Positions 38,301 through 49,461 of a stretch of 64,000 nt of DNA are shown here, one piece after another (position 1 is the first letter of the stretch; every line of letters begins with the position of its first letter). Below the pieces are notes generated by a model. It did no database searches, had not been told where the DNA came from, and was given only the letters and a program-made list of their open reading frames with translations. Made by a program: the position numbers and the translations under genes. The stretch covers positions 1 to 64,000 of the forward strand of contig NW_025766012.1 of assembly GCF_003918875.1 (NCBI RefSeq). The letters are read 5' to 3'. Source of the DNA: Haliotis rubra. Lineage: Eukaryota.

Positions 38301-39128
38301 TTCCCACAATTCCTTTAAGTGCTCAGGAAGGGTAGGTGAATGCTGTTGTTGAATTTCATCAACAGATTGGGTAACAGAATTATCTAAGCTAGATTCCCTT
38401 GTCTCAGGCAGCACAGCTTCACATATTCCTAAGTTCATTTTAGGGTGTACGATGACCTCCTTCTCTCCCATGTTAACTACATTAACAGCAATAGTAGAAG
38501 CCTTTGTATCAATTATTCCTCTGGTTAAACATATCCCTTGTTTTTCATATAGGTCCTCAGAGGCTTCGATGATACCATTTTTAGCCATGCCAAGACCATG
38601 AGGAAGAACAACAGGAACCAATGACCCGGAGTGAGGTGGAAGCGTGACTGCCTCTTTAACTTGTACTCTACAAGACAGTATAGCCTCCCCTCCAGCACTA
38701 CAGACCAATAGTGAACCTTGGTTTGTCTTAAGCATCATGTTTTTGTAGTCAATGCTACTAATGTATTTGGTAAGAAAATCTTGACCAATGAGCCCTTCGG
38801 GAGTTATGTCACACACCACAACCTCATGAAGATAGGTAACATCCCCGAAGTCAAGAGGAACAAGGGCTGTCCCAGAAACATTCAGTGTAGAGCCATTGAC
38901 ACCTTGGATATCCGATGTCCATGGTACAAGTTCTGGCTTACATGTAAGGGTATCATACTTTCCTTTAGACAGAAGAGTCACTGTGGAACCAGAATCAACC
39001 AGAAATCTCACCTCCATGGTGTCTACTATTCCAGTAACATAGACACCATTGTCACATTTGTGGATAGATTCGCCAACCTGTCCTATTCTAGGAATGTCTC
39101 TGTTACTGAGCCTTTGTTCCTCTGTCAA
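35362..39128 (-). pseudogene. Gypsy pol (protease, RT, RNase H, integrase with GPY), broken by ~3 disruptions
   Basis: FLVDSGS; YPLPRID, MPFGL, YMDD; LDTDAS, KELLA, RTDN; HHCC, AIDIVGP, HSDQG, VERFNRT; WKGPY. Confidence 0.95.
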
Positions 39129-39139
39129 GATTCGGCCCT

Positions 39140-40522
39140 CTACCTTGACAGATTGAAGTTTCCCTGTCCCTTAGAGTTTTCCTGCCTGTGACTCTGTTGT
39201 GACATCTGAGTCCCACAATTAGAGTTTGGGGGCATCTGAGGCATCGTTTGCGTCCTCGGCATTTGGGCATACGTTATCTGAGATTGCTTGAAGCTCTGGC
39301 ACATCTGATTATAGATGGGACAGTTCCTGAGGAGATGCCCATTTTCGTTGCAGACAAGGCAACGTCGTGCAGGCCTCTGAGACTGAGCAGTGTAATATCT
39401 ACCCTCAGGTATAGGCACAGTGCGCCGTTCTCTATTGGACTCATACCCTTTGTTTTCAAGCCTAGATATGCTCGAGGCAATGTCCTTGAGGTACTTCTCA
39501 AGACCTTTATCATCTGGTAATTCAGCAGATGGTGGACCAACATAACGTACAGATGGCCTCTTTCTGTCCTTAGAATCATCCATTATTGCCTCATAGCGTT
39601 CAATAACATCAACAGCTTCAGAGACAGAGCGACAGTCACGATCCATGCATCTACATTTCATTTCTAGAGGTATTGCTTTATACAGCTGGTTTAGGGCTAG
39701 GGCTTCCTGAGCTCTAGCATCAAGGTTAGAATAGGCTCGCTGTGCCATCTGCCTCAGATCATCACCTAAAGTAGCAATTGTTTCATTGGGTCGTCTTTGC
39801 CTCATCTCTAACCGTGAGAGCCAACGACTTTGCTGACGTGAACTGCCAAATCTATCACCAATTTTCCTGACAAGGTAAGTGTAGTTACGCCTCTCATCTG
39901 GAGACAGACCTATATAAAAGGTACGTGCTGAAGCTCTTAAACTAGCTGCAAGGGCCAAAACCTTGTCCTGGTCATCCCATCTGCCAAGCTCAGCACATGC
40001 CTCAAAGTGACACAGGTATTCTTCCCAATCACCATGACCATCATATGAGTCAGGATGGAAATTAAGACCAGCCTTGGGTTTAAAATGTGTGTTTGCCTTA
40101 GTAATAGGCCTTAGCCGTGTTTGGTTGGGTCTCGGGAAGGGTAAGTAATCATCAGTACCCTCAGCATGGGGTAACTCAGATGAGCCTGGCATGAGTCCCT
40201 CTACCGGAGGAGCAAACATTCGCCCATGGCTGTGAACATAGGTAGCACCATCAGCTATTGTACAATTATTCCTAGGACCACTCCTCGAGAAGAATTGGGA
40301 CACCCATAAAGTACATCACCCTCGGAGCGACTATGTTTGTACCAATGGATGTGGAGTTCCCGGCCTCATTGGTAGCCTATCATCAGAAACAGATCTAATA
40401 CTTGAGCCACAACTGACCCTGGAGATTTGAGACATCTGATCATCATCTGGTTCATCATCAGGAGAATTCCTTGCAACATCAATAGTTTTGAATAAGACAT
40501 CTGGGTCTGGTGACTCTGCCAT
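39140..40522 (-). CDS. Gypsy gag (one disruption near 40310-40335)
   Basis: YDGHGDWEEYLCHFE capsid motif and CLVCNENGHLLRNC zinc knuckle; ORFs 40331-40522 and 39140-40303. Confidence 0.88.
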
Positions 40523-40585
40523 CGTCTCCAGAATCTACCAACCCTAATGGATTCGGACCACTGGATACTAATTATGAAAATCAGT

Positions 40586-40603
40586 ATCCCACTTCTGACA
40601 CCA
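40586..40603 (-). promoter_or_regulatory. Gypsy primer-binding site complementary to tRNA-Leu
   Basis: TGGTGTCAGAAGTGGGAT, 4 nt after the 5' LTR. Confidence 0.85.
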
Positions 40604-40607
40604 AAAT

Positions 40608-42630
40608 TGTAACACCCTTGGGGTGCACATGGGAAAACAAATAACACAAGGAGACGATGAAGTAGAGAGCAAAGTTTGCCGGGATATATGCAAACTGTGT
40701 TTTAATTTTGTTTCAATGGCAAGAATGTAGATGGGATTTTGTTAGCAATGCAATAAAATAAATGATGCCAATAAATATCACACACTACTCGGCCTATATA
40801 TATCTATATCTAATGGCAAGGCTCAGTCTCCAAGGAAATAGTTATTTTGTTATTTCAACTCAAATATCTAGCAGAAATGTTACTGAGTATGTAATATAGT
40901 TATTAAATTGATTGTAATTTGTCTTAAAATATATACCTAGAAGCAGTTATGATGATAAATCTAAGTCAGTAGAGGTGCCAGGTAAAAACTAGAGCAGGAG
41001 CCTTTAATCAGACCGAAAGTCTTATTGTATCTAAATCGAGTGACCCGAGTGAATCGAATCCGAATCGAGTGTGTGAATCGAGTGTCAGGCCTTGACCAGT
41101 GATCGTATTTATAGGCATCATCAGGAGGTCATGTGACCTTTCTCAACCAATCAGAACACAGGTTTGATGGCTTGCATACAAGAAACGCTGCCTAGGCAGT
41201 TTCATTTCTAACACAAGTAAGTGACTACTAATTGTCCTTATGTTGTTCTTCTTGTCCGAATACAATTAGGACACAGTAGAAATAATCAGGACATCGAGAC
41301 AGTTTGTTATAATAAAACGGACAATATCTTTCCGTCAACGTAGCGTCAGTGGCCGCCATCTTGGTTTGTGGTCGGCTCTATGACAAGTGAAATTTACAAA
41401 AGCATCAGTTTCCTTTATCATATGGTATTGTCCTTATGTTAAATAAAGTGTCCGAAAAGATCAACCATGATGGACAAGTGAGATTTGTGTAAACATGTTG
41501 TATAACAAGAATAGGGACAACGATTATATTCAGGCCAAGCGGCGGGACGACATTTTGACAGACGTCAAATGTATACTAAGACCATTGACAACTTTGGCCC
41601 AGTGTAGCATCAATATGCCCTGTATCCAGGAATTGATGTTGTCCTATGTGTCCTTTAACAATTCGGACACTAACAAGATTGCTAAAATATTTGGTAAATG
41701 CAAACAGAAAACGGACAGCAGACTGTCAATTAGTGCCTAGAATGATTGTCGGCAACAAATGTCAACACACGAAACGACTGTCATATTGCAGGTACAAATG
41801 TCGGAAATACAGGTGGTTATACATTGTCCTCTATATCGTAAAGCAAGGCATTTCTACCATAGAATGCAGGAAAATACCAGATAATGAATATGTGGCTTTG
41901 ATATAAAACGGACATCGAATTTATAATTAGTCACTCAGCCTAACGTAAATGTTGTTGACAGGTCACCGTAACCCGAGAAATGTCAAACAGATCAAATTCG
42001 TTATTCAGTTCAATCAAGTGTAATTTTCATTAGTATCCATCATGGAATACACTTTAAAACACTTCTGAGCAAGAAAGTTATCAGAAAATCGTCATTAACA
42101 AGTGTAATAAGTCATTGTTTATCTGGGTCAAAAGTCACACTTACTTTCTATAAATAGCCACGAAGCAGGAGTGTACACAAGAAATAGTCCCTGACAAACA
42201 TCGGTGTTAACACTCAAAATACACAATGATTCAAGACAGTGAATAAATATATCATTTGGAGACATGGAATACATAAGTCTGTACAATAATAGTACACAAT
42301 GACATCAGTAGTAGAATCCTTCATGGATGTAAATAGCGTAGTGACACACAGTGGTAATTAGGTCATGTCTGACAAGTGCTGCTACCGCGAACGTCCAGTG
42401 CTTGATAAAACAACTATCAACAGTGAATATGCCCCCTTAAAGACGCCTCAGATCTGTGAACTTCAGAACCAGGTAACTGTCTATGATGTTGTTAGGTTGT
42501 TATTTACTTTAATGTTAAAAATATGGATGGACATTTGCAGATAGATCGTGATATAACGAAAATAGGTGACACTTGTGATTGACAAAGTTTACATGATGTT
42601 TTTAATACTTATACTTTAGATTCTATTACA
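40608..42630 (-). repeat. Gypsy 5' LTR (2023 bp)
   Basis: Matches 31297-33335 with a few small indels and substitutions. Contains CCAAT, a GTCACATGAC E-box and a minus-strand TATA-like CTATAAATA near 41105-41155, plus YY1-like CCGCCATCTT at ~41353. Confidence 0.97.
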
Positions 42631-43160
42631 ATATCTTGTTGACCAAACACAGTGCCCTCAGTTGAGAGAACCCAAAGCTTTATTACACAATAAAATCTAC
42701 CCTTGGATCAGGATAAATACCTTTGAATTAGTGACTGCACAGTAAATATATATGTATATCATATAGAATAACCAACCATGCATGAGACGATGAAATCACA
42801 TGGTCACTTCATGTTGATCACATGCGCTGTTGATAGTTGTATTATAGGAGAAAGAAATTGTTGTGATTCTAAACGTTTTAAGTTTTGGTAAGATACTTTC
42901 ATTTTGACAGGAGATCTGACCGATTACTGTTCACATGGTGTTTGTTGGCACTGTGTGGGACATGACAACAGACCCTTGTTCGTTAAAACGTCTTTACCTA
43001 ATGATGTCTTTGAACATTTAAGTGGATGTGTACATATTGTCACATTACCTTTCAAAGTGGTGTCCTTAGCTGGGAGTAGTATAAAGATTTCTTATCTGTC
43101 CCAATTTTACTCGCATATGGTATAAAAGATTAGAAGCCACTACCATCCCGAGAAGCTAGA

Positions 43161-44993
43161 ATGTCACTGATTGATGTTTTAGCGTTTCTGTGCAGCGCAG
43201 GTGCAAACCTGATCGTGTATGATGGCCCTGGAAACGGGGTGAATCCATCCAACAAGTATGACGTGTATGCGAGCCAAGGTGGGCACAAACACAAATTATT
43301 TGTGTACATGAGCACAGCTGAAAAACGCAACGAAGAAGCCGAAAAGAAAAACAGGACCCAGTCCTGGACGAGTTTTGCGTTCACAGGTGGACCTGTGACG
43401 GTTGAAGTCCATACAAAAGTGAAGGACTTCCACAGGTGCACTGTCAGACCAAGAAGCTACAACTACAAATGTCAGAGATCGGGGTAGAAAACTGCAACAT
43501 TCCACATAGATAAGGCCTTGAAGATGATGTCGGTTGAATTTGACTACGACACTGGTGATGGCTATGCTACTGACATCAGAGACAAGCTGTACATCTTCGC
43601 CGACCCTCCAGAAGGTAAGACGCCCAATCCTCATGATCACGGCGTGTTGTACTACGAACCCGGGGTGCACAAACTTGGAGGCACGAAGACAATCGACTGT
43701 AAATCTGGAATCAAAGAGATTTACCTTGCCCCTGGATCCTATCTCCATGGTGCTCTGGACCTCCGATGTGACGGCATCAGACTCCATGGACGAGGTATCA
43801 TTTCCACTGAATTGTTTGCTCACAAATCCGATGCTGTTGGCTGGGCCATCATCCAGGGAGACGCTGGCCACACAACTGTGGAAGGAATCACGATGGTGGA
43901 TCCAGCCAAGTTTTATTACAGGCTCCTGCATGACCATAATGTCGTGAGGAATGCTAAGATGGTGGCCGCCTGGACAGGCAACACTGACGGAGTTGCCCAG
44001 GGTGACTACGGCTTGCTGGAAGACACCTTCATCATCGCTGATGACGCCTCTGTTAAAGTAGGTTGTTTTCTTGGATATCTGCATGAATTTTATGTGTACA
44101 GGCATGTGTACAGGAATGTGTACATTGAGAAAGAATTTTGGGACAAAAATCTGAATTGCCCTCTGTATCTTTATTTAAGGAGATCGTAAAGGATGTGGGG
44201 AGGATCAGACACACAATTTCATAATTTCAATTTCTCCAGTAGGTTTGTGCTTTGCTTGTGCTGTGTGCCATAAACATCTCAATGTTTTTAAGGGACACAA
44301 AGGCCTGACACATGAACTATACGTCGATAAGAACTTGTACATATTCCAGAAAACAGCAAGATATTACGTAATCAGTCTCATTTTGTTCAGGTTTATATCA
44401 GTATTTGAAGAACTAACGCCTTGAAACTTATCATGTATACATTTCAGTTCCATGGGGACCATCTCAAAATCCAACGTTTGGTAATCTGGCAAATGCAAAA
44501 TGGCGGCGTCATTTTAACCGGATATGATACTGAGAGAGTGGGCGACGTCTCGGTTGAAGACTGTGACGTCATACATACTGATTGGTGTGACTTCAAGGGT
44601 AGGTGTATACATGTCAGCGGGAACGACGCCGTCATTGACAACAGCGGCACGAAACACTTCCACATCACCAACTTACACTTCAAGGACATCCGGGTCGAGG
44701 GACTGGTACAGAGAATCGTCCGATACGCCTTCCTTGATGACGCAGATGGCACTGTCTCTCATGTCACCGTGGAGAATCTGAGTGTTGATGAACAGCCTCT
44801 ACACGACCAGATGCATAATGAATTGTCGGGCTCCAAAAATGGACGTATCGTCGACTGGAAGTTCATTGATTTGACCATTAGAGGCCACTGCGTCAACAAC
44901 TACAAGACACCGGCGGCAGACTTCGTCATTGACGAGCAGACAGCTGATGTGACGTTTGAGTGTCGTGGCCATCATCCACCCTTGGTAGGGTAG
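43161..44993 (+). pseudogene. GH49 (dextranase-like) glycoside hydrolase copy A; exons ~43161-44057 and 44448-44993; in-frame TAG at 43485-43487
   Basis: SWTSFAF, VRPRSY, SVEFD, IFADPP, YLAPG, GRGIIS, NTDG, ADDASVK|GTAGGT...TTTCAG|FHGD..VIWQMQNG..DVIH; AATAAA at 45022. The 5' end is uncertain (possible acceptor at 43182). Confidence 0.8.
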
Positions 44994-45099
44994 TTGTATG
45001 GGGGACGTCCCCACACGTTACAATAAACTGGTTAAAACATTCTTGTTCTCACATCTTTCATTGAGTCGTTTCCTGCTATTGTCGTGTACAATGTCAGTT

Positions 45100-45345
45100 A
45101 ATAATAATAGTAATAGTAATAGTAATAGTCCGCTTATATGGCGCTCATATCCAGGCACATTGCGCTACGTACACTACTATCCCCGGTCATAGGACACTAT
45201 CGTACTTTCCGATACTTTTTCAACTCCCTGGGGAGTATACAGCCATGCTGCCTGTTAGGCGCAACGAACTAAACACTCACATTGCCAGCACATCCTCACG
45301 GGTACCCATTGTACAGCTGGGTGAACTAAGACAATGTGGATCTAA
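45100..45345 (-). mobile_element. SINE 3' part with Deu/Nin-like core and (TTA/TTACTA)n tail
   Basis: AATAATAATAGTAATAGT tail, GCGCTCATATCC, CAACTCCCTGGGGAGTATACAGCC, GGTACCCATTGTACAGCTGGGTGAAC. Confidence 0.55.
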
Positions 45346-45554
45346 GTATCAGTTAGGTTGATTAAAGTTGGAATCCTCACGACAGATCTTCTGATCCCTC
45401 TGGTCTTGACCAATACAAACTATATCATTAATCTGATGAGGACTAGGCGAGCAGAACGGTTCGAATAGTTGGTTCGATGAGATGGTGGAACACTGGGTCG
45501 TTGACGAGCTCGGGGTCAAATTTGAATTTTGCATTTTGCAGACAACGTTAGTAA

Positions 45555-46501
45555 GGGCCTTGTCACACTTCTGCGTATCCTAATTCCTTATGGGTTGCGC
45601 ATTGACATTTCTTTCATACGCAGTCGTACGCACAATGCGCACCTCATATGCATCTCAATCGTTTTCAGTAAGTTTTATGTACCCCGGCATGCGCACAGTA
45701 CGGCCCATTACGCGTGATAGTTTTGGACATGCACAAAACCATTGTGTGTACGCTGTTACACAGGTCATAAGTTATGAATACGTAGTGCATCCGCCCCACA
45801 TCGGTCGAGCGTGGTACGAGTCTGCTATGTGTTCGTGGAGGATAAACGGTTCATACGCGGCAATACGCTTATCTCCGGGCACGAGCTATGAGCCGCGTAT
45901 ATTGGGCGTATACATAGCGTACTTGCAGCGCAGATACAACGCACGCGGAACGAACTCCTCGCGAATGTCGACGTATTGCACTAATGAACACCGTTTGTCC
46001 TGCGATCGGGCAGCACATTGTATTTATTTGTAACTAATGAGAAACGCACAGCTTGCGTACAAATAACGTACTTGCCAAACATTCAGGGTACACTCGAGAT
46101 TTGGTGTAAATATGATGGCTCGGATGGCCCATGTTGACGAAAGGCTGATGTTCACGCTATGGAATCTGCACTGGTAACGAAAACACCGGGAAACAGCCGC
46201 CTTTTTCATAAATCGGGAATACGCTCGGAATACGGCTGCCATTCGTCTGAAGTGCGTGAGGCATACGTTGTATGCGTCCGAAATACGTTCGGCAGACGCA
46301 CTACATAGGCAGATATTTGCGGCTAGAAAAATAGTGTTACGCCAATCATACGTAGCTCATACGCAGTGGATACGCTGAATTCGTTATTTATACGCTAAAT
46401 AATCAAAAATAATCAAAACATTTTGAGCGTACGGGCTGTGTATTGAATTTTTTATAAGGAACTCGTAAGCACTTGACATACGCAAAAGTATGACAGGGGT
46501 G
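45555..46501. mobile_element. Non-autonomous DNA transposon (PIF/Harbinger-like MITE)
   Basis: Imperfect TIR GCCTTGTCACACTTCTGCGTAT / ATACGCAAAAGTATGACAGGGG (18/22); flanked by TAA at 45552-45554 and 46502-46504; many internal TACGC motifs. Confidence 0.6.
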
Positions 46502-46527
46502 TAATTTCTGGTTAATGTCAGGATCTA

Positions 46528-46720
46528 TAGCCTGGAACAGTCTCCCGCAGAGCCTCAGAGACTGTTGTGACTTTAACTCTTTTAGATCCAATCTAAAAAC
46601 ACACATGTTCAAGATAGCCTTTGAACTGTAGCTCTTTACCATTAATCTCATCTTTATCTTGTGCGCTTTGAGCATGCTTTAGCATGGATATATGCGCTTA
46701 ACAAATATGCTATTATCATT
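46528..46720 (+). mobile_element. L2/CR1-type LINE 3' fragment
   Basis: Encodes WNSLPQSLRD..SFRSNLKTHMFKIAF*, followed by a GCGCTTTGAGCATG...GCGCTTAACAAAT 3' stem-like tail. Confidence 0.7.
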
Positions 46721-48970
46721 TTTTACAGATTGTATGCAGCAGAAAGGGTTTGGGTGATCCTGGCACAGTCAGGCTGGTAAGGCTCATCATCAGCTCAGGG
46801 CCCTCGCCCCCTCTACACGCAGCCCAGACAGCGAATGGGACTTCTCCCAGGAAACGCTGCCTAGTCGAACCCACCAAGAACTTTCCGGAGAATATGAAGG
46901 CTCCCCAACACTGCAGCCTTCTGCATTACCCAGAGTGTCAGAAGGGCTGTACTCCCGGTGGAAAACCCGGGCACTCTCTTGATCTGCGTCAAGAGATCAT
47001 GAGGTACCAAACCAAGGGCACCGAGAACAATGGGGAGCCTGGCGACAGTGTACTTGGGATGCAAGCTAGACATTTCAAAAGCGAGGTCTGCATATCTATC
47101 ATGCTTTTCATTAATCTTTCCAATCACATTGGTGTCAAAAGGGACAGAAAATTCAATGATATAAATAAATTCATTGGCTTTATCAAAGGAATTCTCCTCA
47201 GGCTATATATGGGCCTATTCCAGAGAAGTTTGAAAGCATCATTTTCCATGACGCCCTGGACATGTTCAGGGTCGTACCATGGATGGACCTCGGAGTCAAA
47301 GCCACAGGCATGTCGGAGACGGTAGTAAAAGCAACGAGCCATGCCATCATGTCGTTTAAGATATGCTGTTTGTGTCAAGGAAGGGCATCCACTGACAAGG
47401 TGTTGGGCAGTCTCTGTGAATTCATTGCAAAGTCGACATTTCATATTGATATTTTCTTTAGGAATCACATTTAGGCGATTGCGAGTGGGAAGTGACTGGT
47501 CCTGAACAGCAAAAAGGAAGTCCTCAGCTTCACATTTAAGACCAGCCGACTTCATCCAGGCGAAGTTGTCGGTGGGATTGCTATTCGGTTCAACACACTG
47601 TATGTACACACGATGCAATGGCTTCTCAGAAAGCTTCTCCACAAAAGACCGACGCTGGGCAGACTTGGTGAAGGACTTCACCTGGTTTACTCCCATCACT
47701 GTACCGTCCAGCAGTACATCACCATCAACAAAATCAACCTCAAATCTCAGATTCTGTCCAACAACCTTGGCACGCTTAAAATAGCTGTGGAATTCCTTGC
47801 TTTTATCATTAGTATTCACATGCATCACTAGAGGATCATCTGATAAATCAATATGTGCAAAAGTACACAAAAAAATTCTATCATGAAGAGCCTCCACATT
47901 AATCAAACCCCGACCTCCAGAACTGATTGGCATGTATAAACGCATGTGTGTTGGCAGGAATTCTCCTCAGGCTGTATATGGGCCTATTCCAGAGAAGTTT
48001 AAAAGTATCATTTTCCATGATGCCCTGGACATGTTCAGGGTCGTACCATGGATGGACCTCGGAGTCAAAGCCACAGGCATGTCGGAGACGGTAGTAAAAG
48101 CAACGAGCCATGCCATCATGTCGTTTAAGATATGCTGTTTGTGCCAAGGAAGGGCATCCACTGACAAGGTGTTGGACAGTCTCTGTGAATTCATTGCAAA
48201 GTTGACATTTCATATTGATATTTTCTTTAGGAATCACATTTAGGCGATTGCGAGTGGGAAGTGACTGGTCCTGAGCAGCAAAAAGGAAGTCCTCAGTTTC
48301 ACATTTAAGACCAGCCGACTTCACCCAGGCGAAGGAGTCGGTGGGATTGCTATTCGGTTCAACACACTGCATGTACACACGATGCAATGGCTTCTCAGAA
48401 AACTTCTCCACAAAAGACTGACTCTTGGCAGACTTGGTGAAGGACTTCACCTGGTTTACTCCCATCGCTGTACCGTCCAGCAGTATGGGTAGGCCGGTGT
48501 CATCTTGACGCGTGTGAGAGCAGCACCGATCGAGTTCGATGAGAATGGAGGTTGGAGATTGACGTACACGTCTACCAATGACGTCCGGGATCCCTGACGT
48601 GTTCAAAGGGGACGTGCAGTGCTGGCCTTGACATGAAATAGGGCTTTGTAAGCATTAGGCACGACGGATGCAAAACCATCTTTGAAGATTAAATATTATC
48701 CAAAAGTTGTGCAGTATATTCCTGTCCCTATCGTCTTGGCCTGTGATATAGACGTGTCATCTTTGCAGTCGTTTTATATTCGCCGCGACTTTTGCACAGG
48801 CAACTTGTTGCAACCGGCCTCTTATTTAAATGGTGGTTTGCAACCGCCTCTTTTCTTTCTGTAGAAGCCACCATTCTGACAGATCTGTATTGTGCTAGAG
48901 TTGTTACCGTTTGCTGGTATTGGGCCAACATCTCGGCAGGACCATGTTTGTGTTCTGCAGACGTCGCAAG
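46715..48970 (-). mobile_element. R4/Dong-like non-LTR retrotransposon (restriction-like endonuclease type), internally deleted and partly duplicated
   Basis: RLYMP...GGRGL, AQDQSLPTRN, CRLC..ET.QHLVSGC..LA..YLKRHD (CCHC), LPIVLGALG, MQKAAVLGS; ~530-bp duplication 47187-47716 vs 47957-48486. Confidence 0.85.
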
Positions 48971-49030
48971 ATCAATAGTCTTACTTCCTGAGAAAATGTG
49001 TTAAATAGTGTAATTGGTTCTTAGAATACA

Positions 49031-49200
49031 GGGGCGGTGGGGTAGCCTAGTGGTTAAAGCGTTCGCTCGTCACGCCGAAGACCCGGGTTCGAATCCCCAC
49101 ATGGGTACAATGTGTGATGCCCATTTCTGGTGTCCCCCGCCGTGATGTAGCTGGAATATTGCTAAAAGCGGCGTAAAACCAAACTCAGTCAGTCAGTCAG
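49031..49200 (+). mobile_element. tRNA-derived SINE (family 1)
   Basis: GGGGCGGTGGGGTAGCCTAGTGGTTAAAGCG...GGTTCGAATCCC...GCGGCGTAAAAC..(TCAG)n. Confidence 0.9.
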
Positions 49201-49461
49201 AACGTCACTCGATACATCTATATTTAGTCGTAGATGGCGGGAAAGAGGACGTTTTGGGACATCACTATCAACACCTACAAGGTATATATAATCAGTATGT
49301 TATAAGGAGTAGATGACAACGAGGAGCATTAGTTGTTTATTTCGGCATGTAGAAAAATATACACAAAACGTTGAATTGAATTAAAATGATATGCGAAATC
49401 TCAGCAACTATATAAAACACGTGAAATATTTCTATCACCCTCTAGTAATTTCTTTCAGTCA

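Larger units (their letters stand above)
31297..42630 (-). mobile_element. Full-length Gypsy/Ty3 LTR retrotransposon with ~2-kb LTRs and an extra ORF3
   Basis: Near-identical LTRs TGTAACA...ATTACA; 4-bp TSD ATAT (31293-31296 and 42631-42634); tRNA-Leu PBS; PPT; PR-RT-RH-IN order. Confidence 0.97.

Noticed and set aside
43296-44105. 269-aa antisense ORF over GH49 copy A, and similar antisense ORFs over the other copies
   Set aside because: Shadow ORFs of the sense coding sequence; not conserved in length among paralogues.
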